NCBI GenBank assembly: GCA_963744995.1
Contig: CAVUWA010000009.1
Location: 416,001-480,000, forward strand
Direction: 5' to 3'
Source: Candidatus Eiseniibacteriota bacterium
GTDB taxonomy: Bacteria; Eisenbacteria; RBG-16-71-46
Length of the DNA stretch: 64,000 nt
Part shown: one piece after another, positions 50,787-62,275 of the stretch
Layout of the letters: every line of letters begins with the position of its first letter
Numbering within the stretch: position 1 is the first letter of the stretch
Made by a program: the position numbers and the translations under genes
The notes under the pieces: model-generated
Seen by the model: the letters and a program-made list of their open reading frames with translations, nothing else
Told to the model about the DNA's origin: nothing
Databases searched by the model: none

Positions 50787-51733
50787 CGCCGCGCACCCCC
50801 CGCCCGCAGCGGCGGGAGCCGGCTCTCGATCCCGGCGCGCTGCGCCTCGAGCCACGGCGGCAGGACCAGCGCTTCGCCGAGCGTCAGGGGATCCTCGTCG
50901 ACCGCGAACCCCGGGCCGTCGGTGGCGAGCTCGAACAGCACCCCGCCCGGTTCCAGGAAGTACACGGAACGGAACCAGAACCGGTCGATCACGTCCGTGG
51001 GCCGGCGTCCGGCGGCGGCGAGCGTCTCGCGCAGGGCGCGCTCGGCCACCTCGTCGCCGATCCGCCAGGCGACGTGGTGAATGCCGCCGGTTCCCCATGC
51101 GCCGCGCCGCTCCCCGGCGGCTTCGCCCACGTCGAGGTGGCGTCCCGAGCCACCGCCCGCCACGGCGAATCGCATCCAGCCGTCCTCTTCGCCCGCGGCC
51201 TCGAAGCCCAGCGTGCCGGTGAGAAACGCCGTCGTCGCCGTCCGGTCGCGTTCCCGGATGCGCACGCCGTGCAGCCCGCGGATCTGCTGCGCGGCGGGAA
51301 CGGGGGAGCGGCGCCACGGCTGGAACGGGCGCTCGGCATCGGTCTCCGTGAGCACGACGCGCATTCCGTGCGGATCGTCGAACGGCAGCACGCGCTCGCC
51401 GAAGCGTGTCGCCAGGGGGCGGGCCGCGACGCCCTGACGCGCGAGGCGCTCGGCCCACCACCCGAGCGTGCCTTCACGCACGGCGAGCGCGACCTCCATC
51501 GCGAGTCCGTGACCGGGACGCACGGGCGCCATGCCGGGCCACGGGAAGAACGTCAGGTCGGTGCCCGGCGTGCCCTCGTCGTCCGCATAGAACAGATGAT
51601 AGGTGTCGGGTGCGTCCTGGTTGACACTTCTCTTCACCAGCCGCATGCCGAGCACGCCGGTATAGAAGTCCAGATTTTCCTGCGCGTCGCCGGCGATGGC
51701 GGTGACGTGGTGGAGTCCCAGAATGCCCGGCAT
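50783..51733 (-). CDS. VOC-family ring-cleaving dioxygenase (MhqO/PcpA-like)
   Basis: GLHHVTAIAGD, LVKRSVNQD.P.TYHLFY, GIHHVAW, DRFWFRSVYF.EPGGVLFELATDGPGF. Confidence 0.9.
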   Translation of the reverse strand: MPGILGLHHVTAIAGDAQENLDFYTGVLGMRLVKRSVNQDAPDTYHLFYADDEGTPGTDLTFFPWPGMAPVRPGHGLAMEVALAVREGTLGWWAERLARQGVAARPLATRFGERVLPFDDPHGMRVVLTETDAERPFQPWRRSPVPAAQQIRGLHGVRIRERDRTATTAFLTGTLGFEAAGEEDGWMRFAVAGGGSGRHLDVGEAAGERRGAWGTGGIHHVAWRIGDEVAERALRETLAAAGRRPTDVIDRFWFRSVYFLEPGGVLFELATDGPGFAVDEDPLTLGEALVLPPWLEAQRAGIESRLPPLRAGGARR

Positions 51734-51772
51734 CCGACGCCTCCGTGACCTTGCGCCCGGGGGGTGCGCCCC

Positions 51773-53596
<1,824 letters not shown>

Positions 53597-53891
53597 GAAG
53601 GTCCTCGGGTCGAGCGCCGGCGCCCGCACGGCGCGGCATGCGCCGCCGCAGGTGGCACCGAAACTCAAGAAGTAAATCCAATCGGGCCGCGAAGTCCAGC
53701 GCAGCGAGGGTGTTGCCGCCCCGGCCGGGTGCAGGCGCGGAACGGGCGGTCACCCGGGAAGGGCGTGCGGCTTGCCCGCTGGCCCGCTTGGAAACCGGGG
53801 GCAGACCGGTTTACGCTGGTCGCGCGTCACTCGAGGCGAGCCCGCTCGCCGGATCTTCACGGATGAAGACACTGATGACGGAGGGGCACCC

Positions 53892-54530
53892 ATGCGTGTT
53901 CGAAGCGGTCTTCTTCTGCTGGCCCTGATCGCGGCCGGCATCACCCCGGCGCAGGCCGCGCCCATATTCGGCTTCAACGAGTCCTTTTCCGCGCCGGGTA
54001 CGGCGGGATGGGGGGGCGGTGTTCCGACCATCAGCAATCCGGGCAGCGGAGGTGTCGGAGGGGCGGGGGACGGGTACCTGCTCATCGGCAGCCTGGGTGG
54101 AAGTCTGGCGACCCGCTGCAAGTCGTGCCCCGGATTCACCGGCGACTGGACCGCGGCCGGCATCACCCACATCGGGCTGTCCCTGAACGACGTGGGCACC
54201 GACGATCCGCTCGAGGTCCACTTCGCGATCGGCAGCGAAACCAACTTCTGGCTGTACGTCCCCGGTTTCGACCCGCCGCACGACGCCTGGGCGCGCTTTG
54301 TCGTCGACCTGACCAATCCGGCCGACTTCGTCCAGCTCATCGGGCCCGGCACCTTCGCCGACGCGCTCCTCAACGTGACGGTGGTGCACGTTCGCCACGA
54401 CACGGCCCCGTTCGTCAAGAACGCCGACTTCATCACCGCCGACCTGGGCATCGACGACATCACGATCGGCGATCTCATGACCCCGGTCGAGCGGGGCTCC
54501 TGGGGCAGGCTCAAGGTCATCTATCGCTGA
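53892..54530 (+). CDS. Secreted beta-sandwich protein with C-terminal SWGxxK tail
   Basis: AQA signal peptide, GGAGG RBS, ends TPVERGSWGRLKVIYR. Confidence 0.75.
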   Translation: MRVRSGLLLLALIAAGITPAQAAPIFGFNESFSAPGTAGWGGGVPTISNPGSGGVGGAGDGYLLIGSLGGSLATRCKSCPGFTGDWTAAGITHIGLSLNDVGTDDPLEVHFAIGSETNFWLYVPGFDPPHDAWARFVVDLTNPADFVQLIGPGTFADALLNVTVVHVRHDTAPFVKNADFITADLGIDDITIGDLMTPVERGSWGRLKVIYR

Positions 54531-54666
54531 TATGGCGTGACCGGCGCCCGGTCGCTCCGTGGAGTCCGACCCGCGGCGCGGCGGCGGCCGGGGCATGCGC
54601 TGCCCCGGCCGCCGCGCCCGCTTCGCCCGCCCGCTCCCCACGGCGCCGGTGCTAGACTCGCGGGCC

Positions 54667-55245
54667 ATGAAGGCCGCGAACCCCGAAGGCACGCCGCCCG
54701 ACGTCACGCAGCTGCTCGTCCGGCTGAAGAGCGGCGATGCGCGCGCGCTCGACCGGCTCATGCCGCTCGTCCACGACGAGCTGCGGCGCCTCGCCCGCGC
54801 CCGCATGCGCAACGAGCGGGGCAGCCACACCCTGCAGGCGACGGCGCTCGCCCACGAGGCGTACCTGCGCCTCGTGGACCTGGACCGCATCGACTGGCGC
54901 GGACGCGCGCACTTCTTCGCCGTCGCGTCGGGCGTGATGCGGCGCATCCTGATCGACCACGCACGCCGGCGCCGCGCGGCGCGGCGCGGCGGAGGCGCCG
55001 AACACGTGGCGTTCGACGACGCCCTGCAGGCGGCGGACACACGGCCCGAGGCCCTCGTCGCGCTCGACGAGGCGCTCGAGCGGCTCGCCGCGCTCGACGG
55101 GCGCCAGGCGCGCATCGTCGAGCTGCGCTTCTTCGGCGGGCTGAGCGTCGAGGAGACCGGCGAAGTGCTCGGCGTCTCGGCGCGCACCGTGAAGCGGGAG
55201 TGGGCCGTCGCGCGCGCGTGGCTGCGCGCCGAGCTCGGCCGCTGA
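54667..55245 (+). CDS. ECF sigma factor, kinase-associated ECF43/TIGR02999 type
   Basis: DVTQLL, HTLQATALAHEAYLRL, HFFAVASGVMRRILIDHAR, VELRFFGGL, TVKREW..ARAWL. Confidence 0.92.
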   Translation: MKAANPEGTPPDVTQLLVRLKSGDARALDRLMPLVHDELRRLARARMRNERGSHTLQATALAHEAYLRLVDLDRIDWRGRAHFFAVASGVMRRILIDHARRRRAARRGGGAEHVAFDDALQAADTRPEALVALDEALERLAALDGRQARIVELRFFGGLSVEETGEVLGVSARTVKREWAVARAWLRAELGR

Positions 55246-55248
55246 ACC

Positions 55249-57030
55249 GTGGATCCGGTCCGCTGGGAGCGCGTGAAGCGCATCGCAGCCGATGCGCTCG
55301 AGCGCGATGCGGAGCGGCGGGGAGCATTCGTGCACACCGCCGCCGGCGGTGACGCCGCCCTCGAAGCGGAGGTGCTGCGCATTCTCGCCGCGGACGCCGG
55401 GGCCGACAGCCTGCTCGACGAGGGTCCGCCGGCCTCCGCGCTCGCCGCGCTCGCGTTCACCCCGGGTTCGACGGCGGCGCGCGCCCACGGCCCGGCGACG
55501 GACGGGGAGACGCCATGGCCGCAGGAGCTGATCGAACGCGGCGCGCGGCGGCTCGGTACCCTGGCGCTGATCTACGCGGCGGGGTTCCTGCTCGCCTACA
55601 CGATCTACGAGCTCAACGTGCACGTCGCGGGGGGCGCCGCGTACGTCCAGCGCCCGCACACGCCGGGCCAGCTGCTCGCGGCCACGTTCATCCTGTTCGC
55701 CTCGGCGGTGGCGTGGATCGCGCTGCGCCGCACCTGGCCGCCGCAGCGGGTCGTGCGTCTCGCGTACGCGTTCGAGGTCGCGGGCAGCTTCGGCATCGCG
55801 CTGGTGTCGTACTCGGGGGTCTGGCAGCTCGAGAACCCGGTGTGGGGCGTGTCGTGGGTGAGCGTCTGGATCATTCTCTTCCCGATGGTGATCCCGGGGC
55901 CGCCCCGGCAAGCGGCGCTGGCCGCTTTCGGGGCGGCGGCGATGGGGCCTGCCGCCCTGCTCATCTGGGGCGCGACGCGGGACTTCGTCTTTCCGGAGAC
56001 CAGCATCGTGCTCGCCACGACGCTGCCCAACTTCATGTGCGCGGCCCTCGCCTGGCTCGGCTCACGCTACCTCTACCGGATCGGCCTCGAGCTGCGCGCC
56101 GCGCGACAGCTCGGACGGTACCGGCTGGTCGAGCGGATCGGCGCCGGCGGCATGGGAGAGGTGTGGCGCGCGGAACACGACATGCTGGCACGTCCGGCGG
56201 CCCTGAAGCTCGTGCGCCCCGAGCTCATGCGCCGCAGCGGCATCTCGAGCGAGGCGCTGGCGCGTTTCGAACGCGAAGCGCAGAGCACGGCGGCGTTGTC
56301 GTCACCGCACACCGTCACGCTCTACGACTTCGGCGTCACCGACGACGATCTCTTCTATTATGCGATGGAGCTCCTCGACGGACTCGACCTCGACACCCTC
56401 ATCCGCCGCCACGGGAAGGTGCCGCCCGCCCGTGCGATCCACTTCATGACGCAGGCGTGCGCGTCGCTGGCCGAGGCTCACGCGCGCGGGCTCGTCCACC
56501 GGGACATCAAGCCGTCCAATCTGTTCGCCTGCCGGCAGGGTCTCCAGTACGACTTTCTCAAGGTGCTCGACTTCGGCATCGTGAAGCCGCGCACCGAGCG
56601 GACCAGCGCCGCGGGAGAGGTGGAGGCCGGCGCCCAGCTCGAGGGCACCCCGGGCTGGATCGCACCCGAGGCCGCGGCGCTGGGCGTCGCCGATGCACGC
56701 ACCGATCTCTACGCGCTCGGCTGCGTCGGCTACTGGCTGGTGAGCGGACGCCCGGTATTCGGTGGCGGCCACGGCGACGAGCTGCAGCGTCGTCACCGTG
56801 ACGAGTCGCCGACGCCGCCCTCGCTGCTGGCGCCGGACCTGCCCCCGGCGCTGGATCGGGCCATTCTCGCGTGCCTCGAAAAGGACCCGGCCCGCCGCCC
56901 GGCAGCGGCCGCCGAACTGGCCATGCGGCTCGCCGCCGTCCCGATCGAGCCGTGGACCGCAGAGCTCGCCCGGGCCTGGTGGGAGACGATCGAGGCCCGG
57001 CACCCACCTGCCGCAATGGTCGAAGGCTGA
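55249..57030 (+). CDS. Membrane-bound Hanks-type Ser/Thr protein kinase
   Basis: GAGGMGEVW, ALK, RFEREA, HRDIKPSN, DFG, GTPGWIAPE, DLYALG, preceded by about 5-6 TM helices. Confidence 0.93.
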   Translation: MDPVRWERVKRIAADALERDAERRGAFVHTAAGGDAALEAEVLRILAADAGADSLLDEGPPASALAALAFTPGSTAARAHGPATDGETPWPQELIERGARRLGTLALIYAAGFLLAYTIYELNVHVAGGAAYVQRPHTPGQLLAATFILFASAVAWIALRRTWPPQRVVRLAYAFEVAGSFGIALVSYSGVWQLENPVWGVSWVSVWIILFPMVIPGPPRQAALAAFGAAAMGPAALLIWGATRDFVFPETSIVLATTLPNFMCAALAWLGSRYLYRIGLELRAARQLGRYRLVERIGAGGMGEVWRAEHDMLARPAALKLVRPELMRRSGISSEALARFEREAQSTAALSSPHTVTLYDFGVTDDDLFYYAMELLDGLDLDTLIRRHGKVPPARAIHFMTQACASLAEAHARGLVHRDIKPSNLFACRQGLQYDFLKVLDFGIVKPRTERTSAAGEVEAGAQLEGTPGWIAPEAAALGVADARTDLYALGCVGYWLVSGRPVFGGGHGDELQRRHRDESPTPPSLLAPDLPPALDRAILACLEKDPARRPAAAAELAMRLAAVPIEPWTAELARAWWETIEARHPPAAMVEG

Positions 57031-57235
57031 CCCATGATTCGTTGCCGTTCAGCGGATTGCGCCGGCGACCTGCTCCAACTACGGTCGGCGCCCCACCGGG
57101 CATGGCCCCGCCTGCGGGGCCGCCGCGCCTGCAGAGATGAGCGCTGAGCGTTCCGGGCCGCGGACGCGGCAGATCCGCGCCGCCCGGGACCCGCAGGTCA
57201 GCCGGCCGAACAGCGCCCGGCCCGTGGAGGTTCCG

Positions 57236-58075
57236 GTGCATGGATCAAGCGCCATTCGCAGGCTCTATGCCGTACTTGCCGTTTTCGGTGCGCTGCTGAC
57301 GCTCGGCGTGCCGACCAGCGGTTGCAGTCTCATCGGCCTCGCCGGCGGCGCGGTCATCGACGCGAGCAGACCCGCAACGGTGCTGACGCCCACCGGAAAA
57401 CTGTACGCGTTCCGCCGCGGCGACCCGCTCGTGCTGCGGTTGCGCGACAGCAGCGTCGTGACGGGCCGTTACGCGGGATACGAGCGCATCGACGCGACGG
57501 CGTATCGCTCACGTTTTGCCGCGTTCCGCGCCGCGCATCCGGGTCCGGCACTGCCGGCGCCGGGCGCCCGTGTGGACGTCGACCGCAGCGGCACCATCCT
57601 CGGCGGACGCAGGTCGGGCGAACTCGTCGGGTTTCTGCTCGATGCGGTCGAGATCCGCCGCGAGAACGGCCGCACGATGACGTTGCCATACCGAAACGTG
57701 GAACGCGTCTGCTGGGAAGGCGGCGATGCGTGTCTGTCCCGGCGGGACATCATTCAGCTGCGGCTGCGCGGCGAGCTGCCGCTGGCACAGTCGATCACGC
57801 TCGACTCCGCCGGCGTGCGCGCCGAGGTGCCGCTGGACGACGTGGCGTTCGTCGAGGGGCCGCCGTTGCGCGATGCGGCGCGCAAAGGCTTCATGCTGGG
57901 ACTCACCGCCGATGCGCTGATCGTCGTCGCGGTGATCGCCGTGGCCTCCAGCTATCAGGGTCCGTTCGACGGGGCCGACTGTGATGCATCACCCGGCCTC
58001 TACTCGGCCCGGATGGAGACGCGCATCGAACGCACGCTGGCCCTCACGGCCCGTGCGAGGGAGGATCGGTCATGA
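57236..58075 (+). CDS. Hypothetical lipoprotein
   Basis: GGAGG-GTG start, lipobox TSGC, second hydrophobic helix near the C-terminus. Confidence 0.55.
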   Translation: MHGSSAIRRLYAVLAVFGALLTLGVPTSGCSLIGLAGGAVIDASRPATVLTPTGKLYAFRRGDPLVLRLRDSSVVTGRYAGYERIDATAYRSRFAAFRAAHPGPALPAPGARVDVDRSGTILGGRRSGELVGFLLDAVEIRRENGRTMTLPYRNVERVCWEGGDACLSRRDIIQLRLRGELPLAQSITLDSAGVRAEVPLDDVAFVEGPPLRDAARKGFMLGLTADALIVVAVIAVASSYQGPFDGADCDASPGLYSARMETRIERTLALTARAREDRS

Positions 58076-58461
58076 AGCGCATGATCATGTCCGTGGCGCT
58101 GGTCGCCGCCTGCGCTCTGGCGCCGCGCCCGGCGCACGCCTGGATCCGCGGCATGCCCGCGGACGACAATCCCATGGTCGAGATCGAGCGCTCGACGGTG
58201 GCGGGTGCGCTGACCGGGCTCACCCTCGGGCTCGCCGTCGCCAACGCGACCCCCGCCACCGACAATGACGGCGACATCATCCGTGTGGGATTCGTCGCCG
58301 GCACGCTCGTCGGATTCGTCGTGGGACTGAATCGCGCGGCGGGGCATTCGCCGAGCGCGATGATCGAGGCGGGCGCGGGCGGCGCGCGCCTGCACGTGCC
58401 GGTTCCGCAGCTGGACCGTGACGGCGCGGTGCGAGTGCCGCTCGTCGGGACGCGGTTCTGA
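58072..58461 (+). CDS. Small secreted/membrane protein (glycine-zipper-like, C-terminal Phe)
   Basis: AHA signal peptide, two Gly-rich helices, ends VPLVGTRF; GGAGGA RBS, ATGA overlap. Confidence 0.6.
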   Translation: MKRMIMSVALVAACALAPRPAHAWIRGMPADDNPMVEIERSTVAGALTGLTLGLAVANATPATDNDGDIIRVGFVAGTLVGFVVGLNRAAGHSPSAMIEAGAGGARLHVPVPQLDRDGAVRVPLVGTRF

Positions 58462-58873
58462 TGTTCCGGCGAAACGGCCGCGCCCAGGCGGGGTCTCGGG
58501 CTCGCGCTCGCCTGGATGCGGCTCGGCGAGATCGAGCACGCGCTCGCGGCCATGCAGCGCCGGATCGTCGCCGACATGGCGCCGGTGTACATCCGTCTGA
58601 GTCCGCCGCTCCATCCGCTCCTCGACTTCGAACCGTTTGCACCGCGACGCCTGGACGCCACGCTGGTGTGGCCGCTCGAGGCGCCGATGCGCTCGCCGGC
58701 GGTGCACCGGCTGTTCCGCGAGACGCGGATCGAGACCGGCGTGCCGCCGGCCGGCAGCGACATCCTCGCCGCGCCCTGAGTCCGACGGCGGCACGCGGAG
58801 CGCGGCCACCCGGCAGGCGAAACGCCGGCCACCCGCAGGGGCGGACCGGCGTTCCCGTCGAATCTGGCTGCGT

Positions 58874-60250
58874 TCAGTCGGAGGTTCGGCTCGCCGCAGC
58901 CGCGCCCAGGTCCACGTCGTCGATGCCGTCGAGATCGACCAGCGAGTGTTGCACCGACTCCCAGCCGCCGGCGAGCGCCGCGTAGGTCAGTTCCTCGGCG
59001 GTGGGGAGATCGTCGAGCATGACGAACGCCGCTCCCGCGGCGAAGCGCGCGATCACCCCGGCGCGATCGGTGGACTGCTTCATGCTCGCACGCTTGGCGT
59101 CCAGCACCTGGGCGAGGGTCGTGCCCGCACCGACGACGGAAGACCACTCGGACTCGACCTGCTTCGCCTTCTCGGGGTGCGCCTTGCGGATCTCGTCGGT
59201 GACCAGCGAGTAGCTGTCGGGCGCACCGTCCGGCACGTAGGCGGTCCACACCGCACGCGCCTTCATGGTGCGCGTACCGCTGTTGCGATCGAGCGTCGTG
59301 CCGTCGTGCGTGGAGATCACCTCGTAGGCGAGATCCACGTCCACGGTGCGGACCCGCGACACCACCTGGATCGGCACCTGGACCCACCGGGTCACCCTGA
59401 CGCCGGATTCGTTCTTCTCCGTGACCCGGTGCCAGACCGACTTGGCGAAGAAGTGGATGTTGGATTTGGAATCCGCGTCACCGATCGAACCCCACACCAC
59501 GCGGTCGGCGCCGGCCTGCCGCCCGAGCCGGATCGCGTCGTCGCGGGAGGTGTGGCCCAGGTCGGAGACGCGCAGCTCGCGCTCGACGTCCTCGACCGGG
59601 AGGATCCGCGTGAAGTAATGGCCGGCGGGCATGTGTTCGGTCAGGTCTCCGCTCCAGGCGGCCGCGATCTCGCGCCCCAGACCGGCGTCGCCACGCACGG
59701 AGCGCAGCGGCACGATCGCGACGCGCGTGGTGCCCTGCTCGAGCGCATCACTCGCGCGCTGCGCGGCGTCGCGGTAGTTGGGCAGGAAGCGCTCGGCCTC
59801 GGTGAAGTTGCCATATGCCTTCTTCGGCCGCTGCGTGCCCATGGCTTCGGCGCCCTCGTCGTAATTGCGGCGCGCGGCCACCTGGCGGATCAGCAGCTCG
59901 TCCCGCGACCAGTTGTCGCCGACCTGCACCGTCGTGTAGCGGATCGCGCCGGTACGGAAGCGCACGAAGTCCAGCACCTGCTCGGCGGCGGCCATGGTAT
60001 CCACCGCCGCGAGCGCGGTGATGCGGCGCTCCCAGTCCTCGGCGATCACGGCCGAGGCCGACGCGGCCGCGGCGCGCGCATGCGCGTTGGCGGGCGCCTT
60101 GTCGAGCGCGCGGGTCGCGAGGTTCCAGGCTTTCCAAACATCGCCCTCGGCGAGCTTGGCGTCACTCTTCTCGGCCAGTTTGGCCGGTCCTGCGCATCCG
60201 ATGCCGGCCGCGACGGCCAGCACGCAGACGAATCCGATCGTGCGATGCAT
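58874..60250 (-). CDS. Hypothetical lipoprotein with TPR-like N-terminus
   Basis: Lipobox GIGC, AAGGAGG RBS, helical repeats then an alpha/beta segment (TRVAIVPL). Confidence 0.65.
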   Translation of the reverse strand: MHRTIGFVCVLAVAAGIGCAGPAKLAEKSDAKLAEGDVWKAWNLATRALDKAPANAHARAAAASASAVIAEDWERRITALAAVDTMAAAEQVLDFVRFRTGAIRYTTVQVGDNWSRDELLIRQVAARRNYDEGAEAMGTQRPKKAYGNFTEAERFLPNYRDAAQRASDALEQGTTRVAIVPLRSVRGDAGLGREIAAAWSGDLTEHMPAGHYFTRILPVEDVERELRVSDLGHTSRDDAIRLGRQAGADRVVWGSIGDADSKSNIHFFAKSVWHRVTEKNESGVRVTRWVQVPIQVVSRVRTVDVDLAYEVISTHDGTTLDRNSGTRTMKARAVWTAYVPDGAPDSYSLVTDEIRKAHPEKAKQVESEWSSVVGAGTTLAQVLDAKRASMKQSTDRAGVIARFAAGAAFVMLDDLPTAEELTYAALAGGWESVQHSLVDLDGIDDVDLGAAAASRTSD

Positions 60251-60528
60251 GGGGCACCTCCTTCCGGAGCGTTATCGGCAGCGCGCAGGCCGGAATCCAG
60301 CCCGGAAGGTGCAATTGGAGCGCGCGCGGAACCCGTTGGCGCACAGGCGACTGGGGCGCGACCTTGAGGCCGGAGGTCAGGGCCGGTCGCGGCGTTCGCA
60401 AGGAGCGATACGGCATGCGCACGCGGTTCGCTCCATGCGCCCAACGGAGCATGCCCTGCGGTTTGTCAGCGGGCTCGGGCGCTGCCAGATTGTGCCCGGC
60501 GCACCGATGCGCCCGAAAGGAACGGCCC

Positions 60529-60948
60529 ATGAGCGTCCGTCATCTCGACATCCAGCTCCAGACGCGCGGTGCAGGCGACATGCACGACCTCACCGAGCGC
60601 GTCGCGGAATCGATCGCTTCGTCCCGGATCAGCGAGGGTACGGTCACCGTGTTCGTGCCGGGTTCGACAGCGGGGATCACGACCATCGAGTTCGAGCCGG
60701 GCCTGATCCGCGACTTTCCGGAATCCTTCGAGCGCATCGCGCCGCGCGACGCAGACTATGCGCACGACGAGAAGTGGCACGACGGCAACGGCCACAGCCA
60801 CGTTCGCGCGAGCCTGCTGGGCCCGTCGCTGACGCTCCCCGTCGCGCACGGCATGCCGGTGCTCGGTACCTGGCAGCAGATCGTGCTCGTGGACTTCGAC
60901 AACCGCCCGCGTGAACGGCGGGTGATCGTCACCGTGCTGGGGGAGTGA
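60529..60948 (+). CDS. yjbQ: YjbQ/UPF0047 family protein (secondary thiamine-phosphate synthase)
   Basis: GSTAGITTIE, YAHD, NGHSHVRASLLG, LGTWQQI...DFD motifs. Confidence 0.92.
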   Translation: MSVRHLDIQLQTRGAGDMHDLTERVAESIASSRISEGTVTVFVPGSTAGITTIEFEPGLIRDFPESFERIAPRDADYAHDEKWHDGNGHSHVRASLLGPSLTLPVAHGMPVLGTWQQIVLVDFDNRPRERRVIVTVLGE

Positions 60949-62275
60949 GCGCCCCCGCCGGCGCCTCCGGCTTCCGCGCAGCGGCGCGTTCCGCCGGCGT
61001 GAGCCATTCCGCGGCGAGCCGGTCGCGGCGCTCGGCGAGCACGCGCGTCAGGTAATCCACCGCGCGCGGATCCGAATAGCGTCCGAACGCCACGGCCGCA
61101 CGGATCTGCTCGTCGGTGAACGCGGCGACGATCCGCACGCCCCAGCGCACGTCGGCGGCGGTCATGTCGTCGAAGGCCGGGTTCGGCAGGAACGGACGCC
61201 AGTCGCCCGGGTCGAAGGTCCTCGAATCGAGGAAGCCGACGCTCAGGAGGCCGGGATCCGCGGCGTCTTCCCACTTGAACGGAACCAGCCCCGCCGTGGC
61301 GAAGGCGCGCGCGATCGCGCGGTAGTCGAGCAGGTGCTCGGCGCCGCTGCTCGGCGACTGCGGAGCGATCGACGCCGAGCCCAGACAGCCGCTGAAGTCG
61401 ATCAGGTGGTGGCGGACGAACGAGCGCCCGCCCTCGCTCACCCACATGTCGAGGGTGTTGCGGGCGCTGCAGTCGGTGTTGTTGAGCCAGGCGTGGATCG
61501 CCCACATGCCGCGCACCTCGCGCCGGAACTCGTGGGGAATCAGATCCTCCGGGTCGTCTTCGCGGCGCCCCGCGTAGCGCCATTCGCCGAGCGGCCGGCC
61601 GGCCAGGTAGCGGCTCGCCACCACGCGGTAGCTGCCGTCCGGCCGCTGCGGCGCTCCCGCGAGGAGTTCGTCGATGTACGTCTCCGTGATCGGACGGCGA
61701 CCGCCGGCCGCCTCGTAGGTCGCGCCGTCTTCGATCACCAGGTCCTCGCGACGGAACGTTTCGATGGTGTTGTCGGGGACGTTGAACCCGGCGGCCCAGT
61801 AGAGTCGCGAGCACACGGCGTCGGCCGACGTGGCGAGCTCCGGGTACCCGGGCGGGTCGAACTTGATCGCAAAGCGCTGCCCGGACACATCCTCGACCTG
61901 AAAGCCCTTCGAAACCCCTTCGGTCTTCGCGCGTACGACCTTCCACGGGCCGGGGGCGGGACCGCTGCCCGGTCCGGGTCCCGCGAGCATCCGCGCGACG
62001 CCGACCGGCCGGTAGCCGACCCGCGGCGTCCACCACGTGCTCGGCAGGCGCACTTCGCCCCGCTCGTCCACGTTGGCGGCCTCGCGCCTTCCCACGATGC
62101 TGCGCACCCAGCGCGACGGATCCAGCGTGCGGGCCACGGGCCGCAGGACGCTCTGCTCCAGGGCGTCGTAGTAGTAGGAGATCCGGGTGGGCGCAGGCGC
62201 CGCGGCCGCGCCGTCACCCGCGATCAGGAGCAGCGCGACGGCCGTCACTGCCGTCGATGCGCCGCGCGCGCTCAT
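60929..62275 (-). CDS. Secreted protein with atypical kinase-like motifs
   Basis: Signal peptide; GVSKG, FAIKFD, PE, WLNNTDCSARN (DxxxxN), LIDFSG. Confidence 0.65.
   Translation of the reverse strand: MSARGASTAVTAVALLLIAGDGAAAAPAPTRISYYYDALEQSVLRPVARTLDPSRWVRSIVGRREAANVDERGEVRLPSTWWTPRVGYRPVGVARMLAGPGPGSGPAPGPWKVVRAKTEGVSKGFQVEDVSGQRFAIKFDPPGYPELATSADAVCSRLYWAAGFNVPDNTIETFRREDLVIEDGATYEAAGGRRPITETYIDELLAGAPQRPDGSYRVVASRYLAGRPLGEWRYAGRREDDPEDLIPHEFRREVRGMWAIHAWLNNTDCSARNTLDMWVSEGGRSFVRHHLIDFSGCLGSASIAPQSPSSGAEHLLDYRAIARAFATAGLVPFKWEDAADPGLLSVGFLDSRTFDPGDWRPFLPNPAFDDMTAADVRWGVRIVAAFTDEQIRAAVAFGRYSDPRAVDYLTRVLAERRDRLAAEWLTPAERAAARKPEAPAGALTPPAR

Noticed and set aside
58459..58779. In-frame TGA followed by an open frame (readthrough or selenocysteine), and the 87-aa ORF 58516-58779
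   Set aside because: The upstream protein ends in a natural C-terminal Phe strand, no SECIS-like context was recognised, and the downstream ORF has no RBS or motif. It may be a remnant, but I cannot support that.
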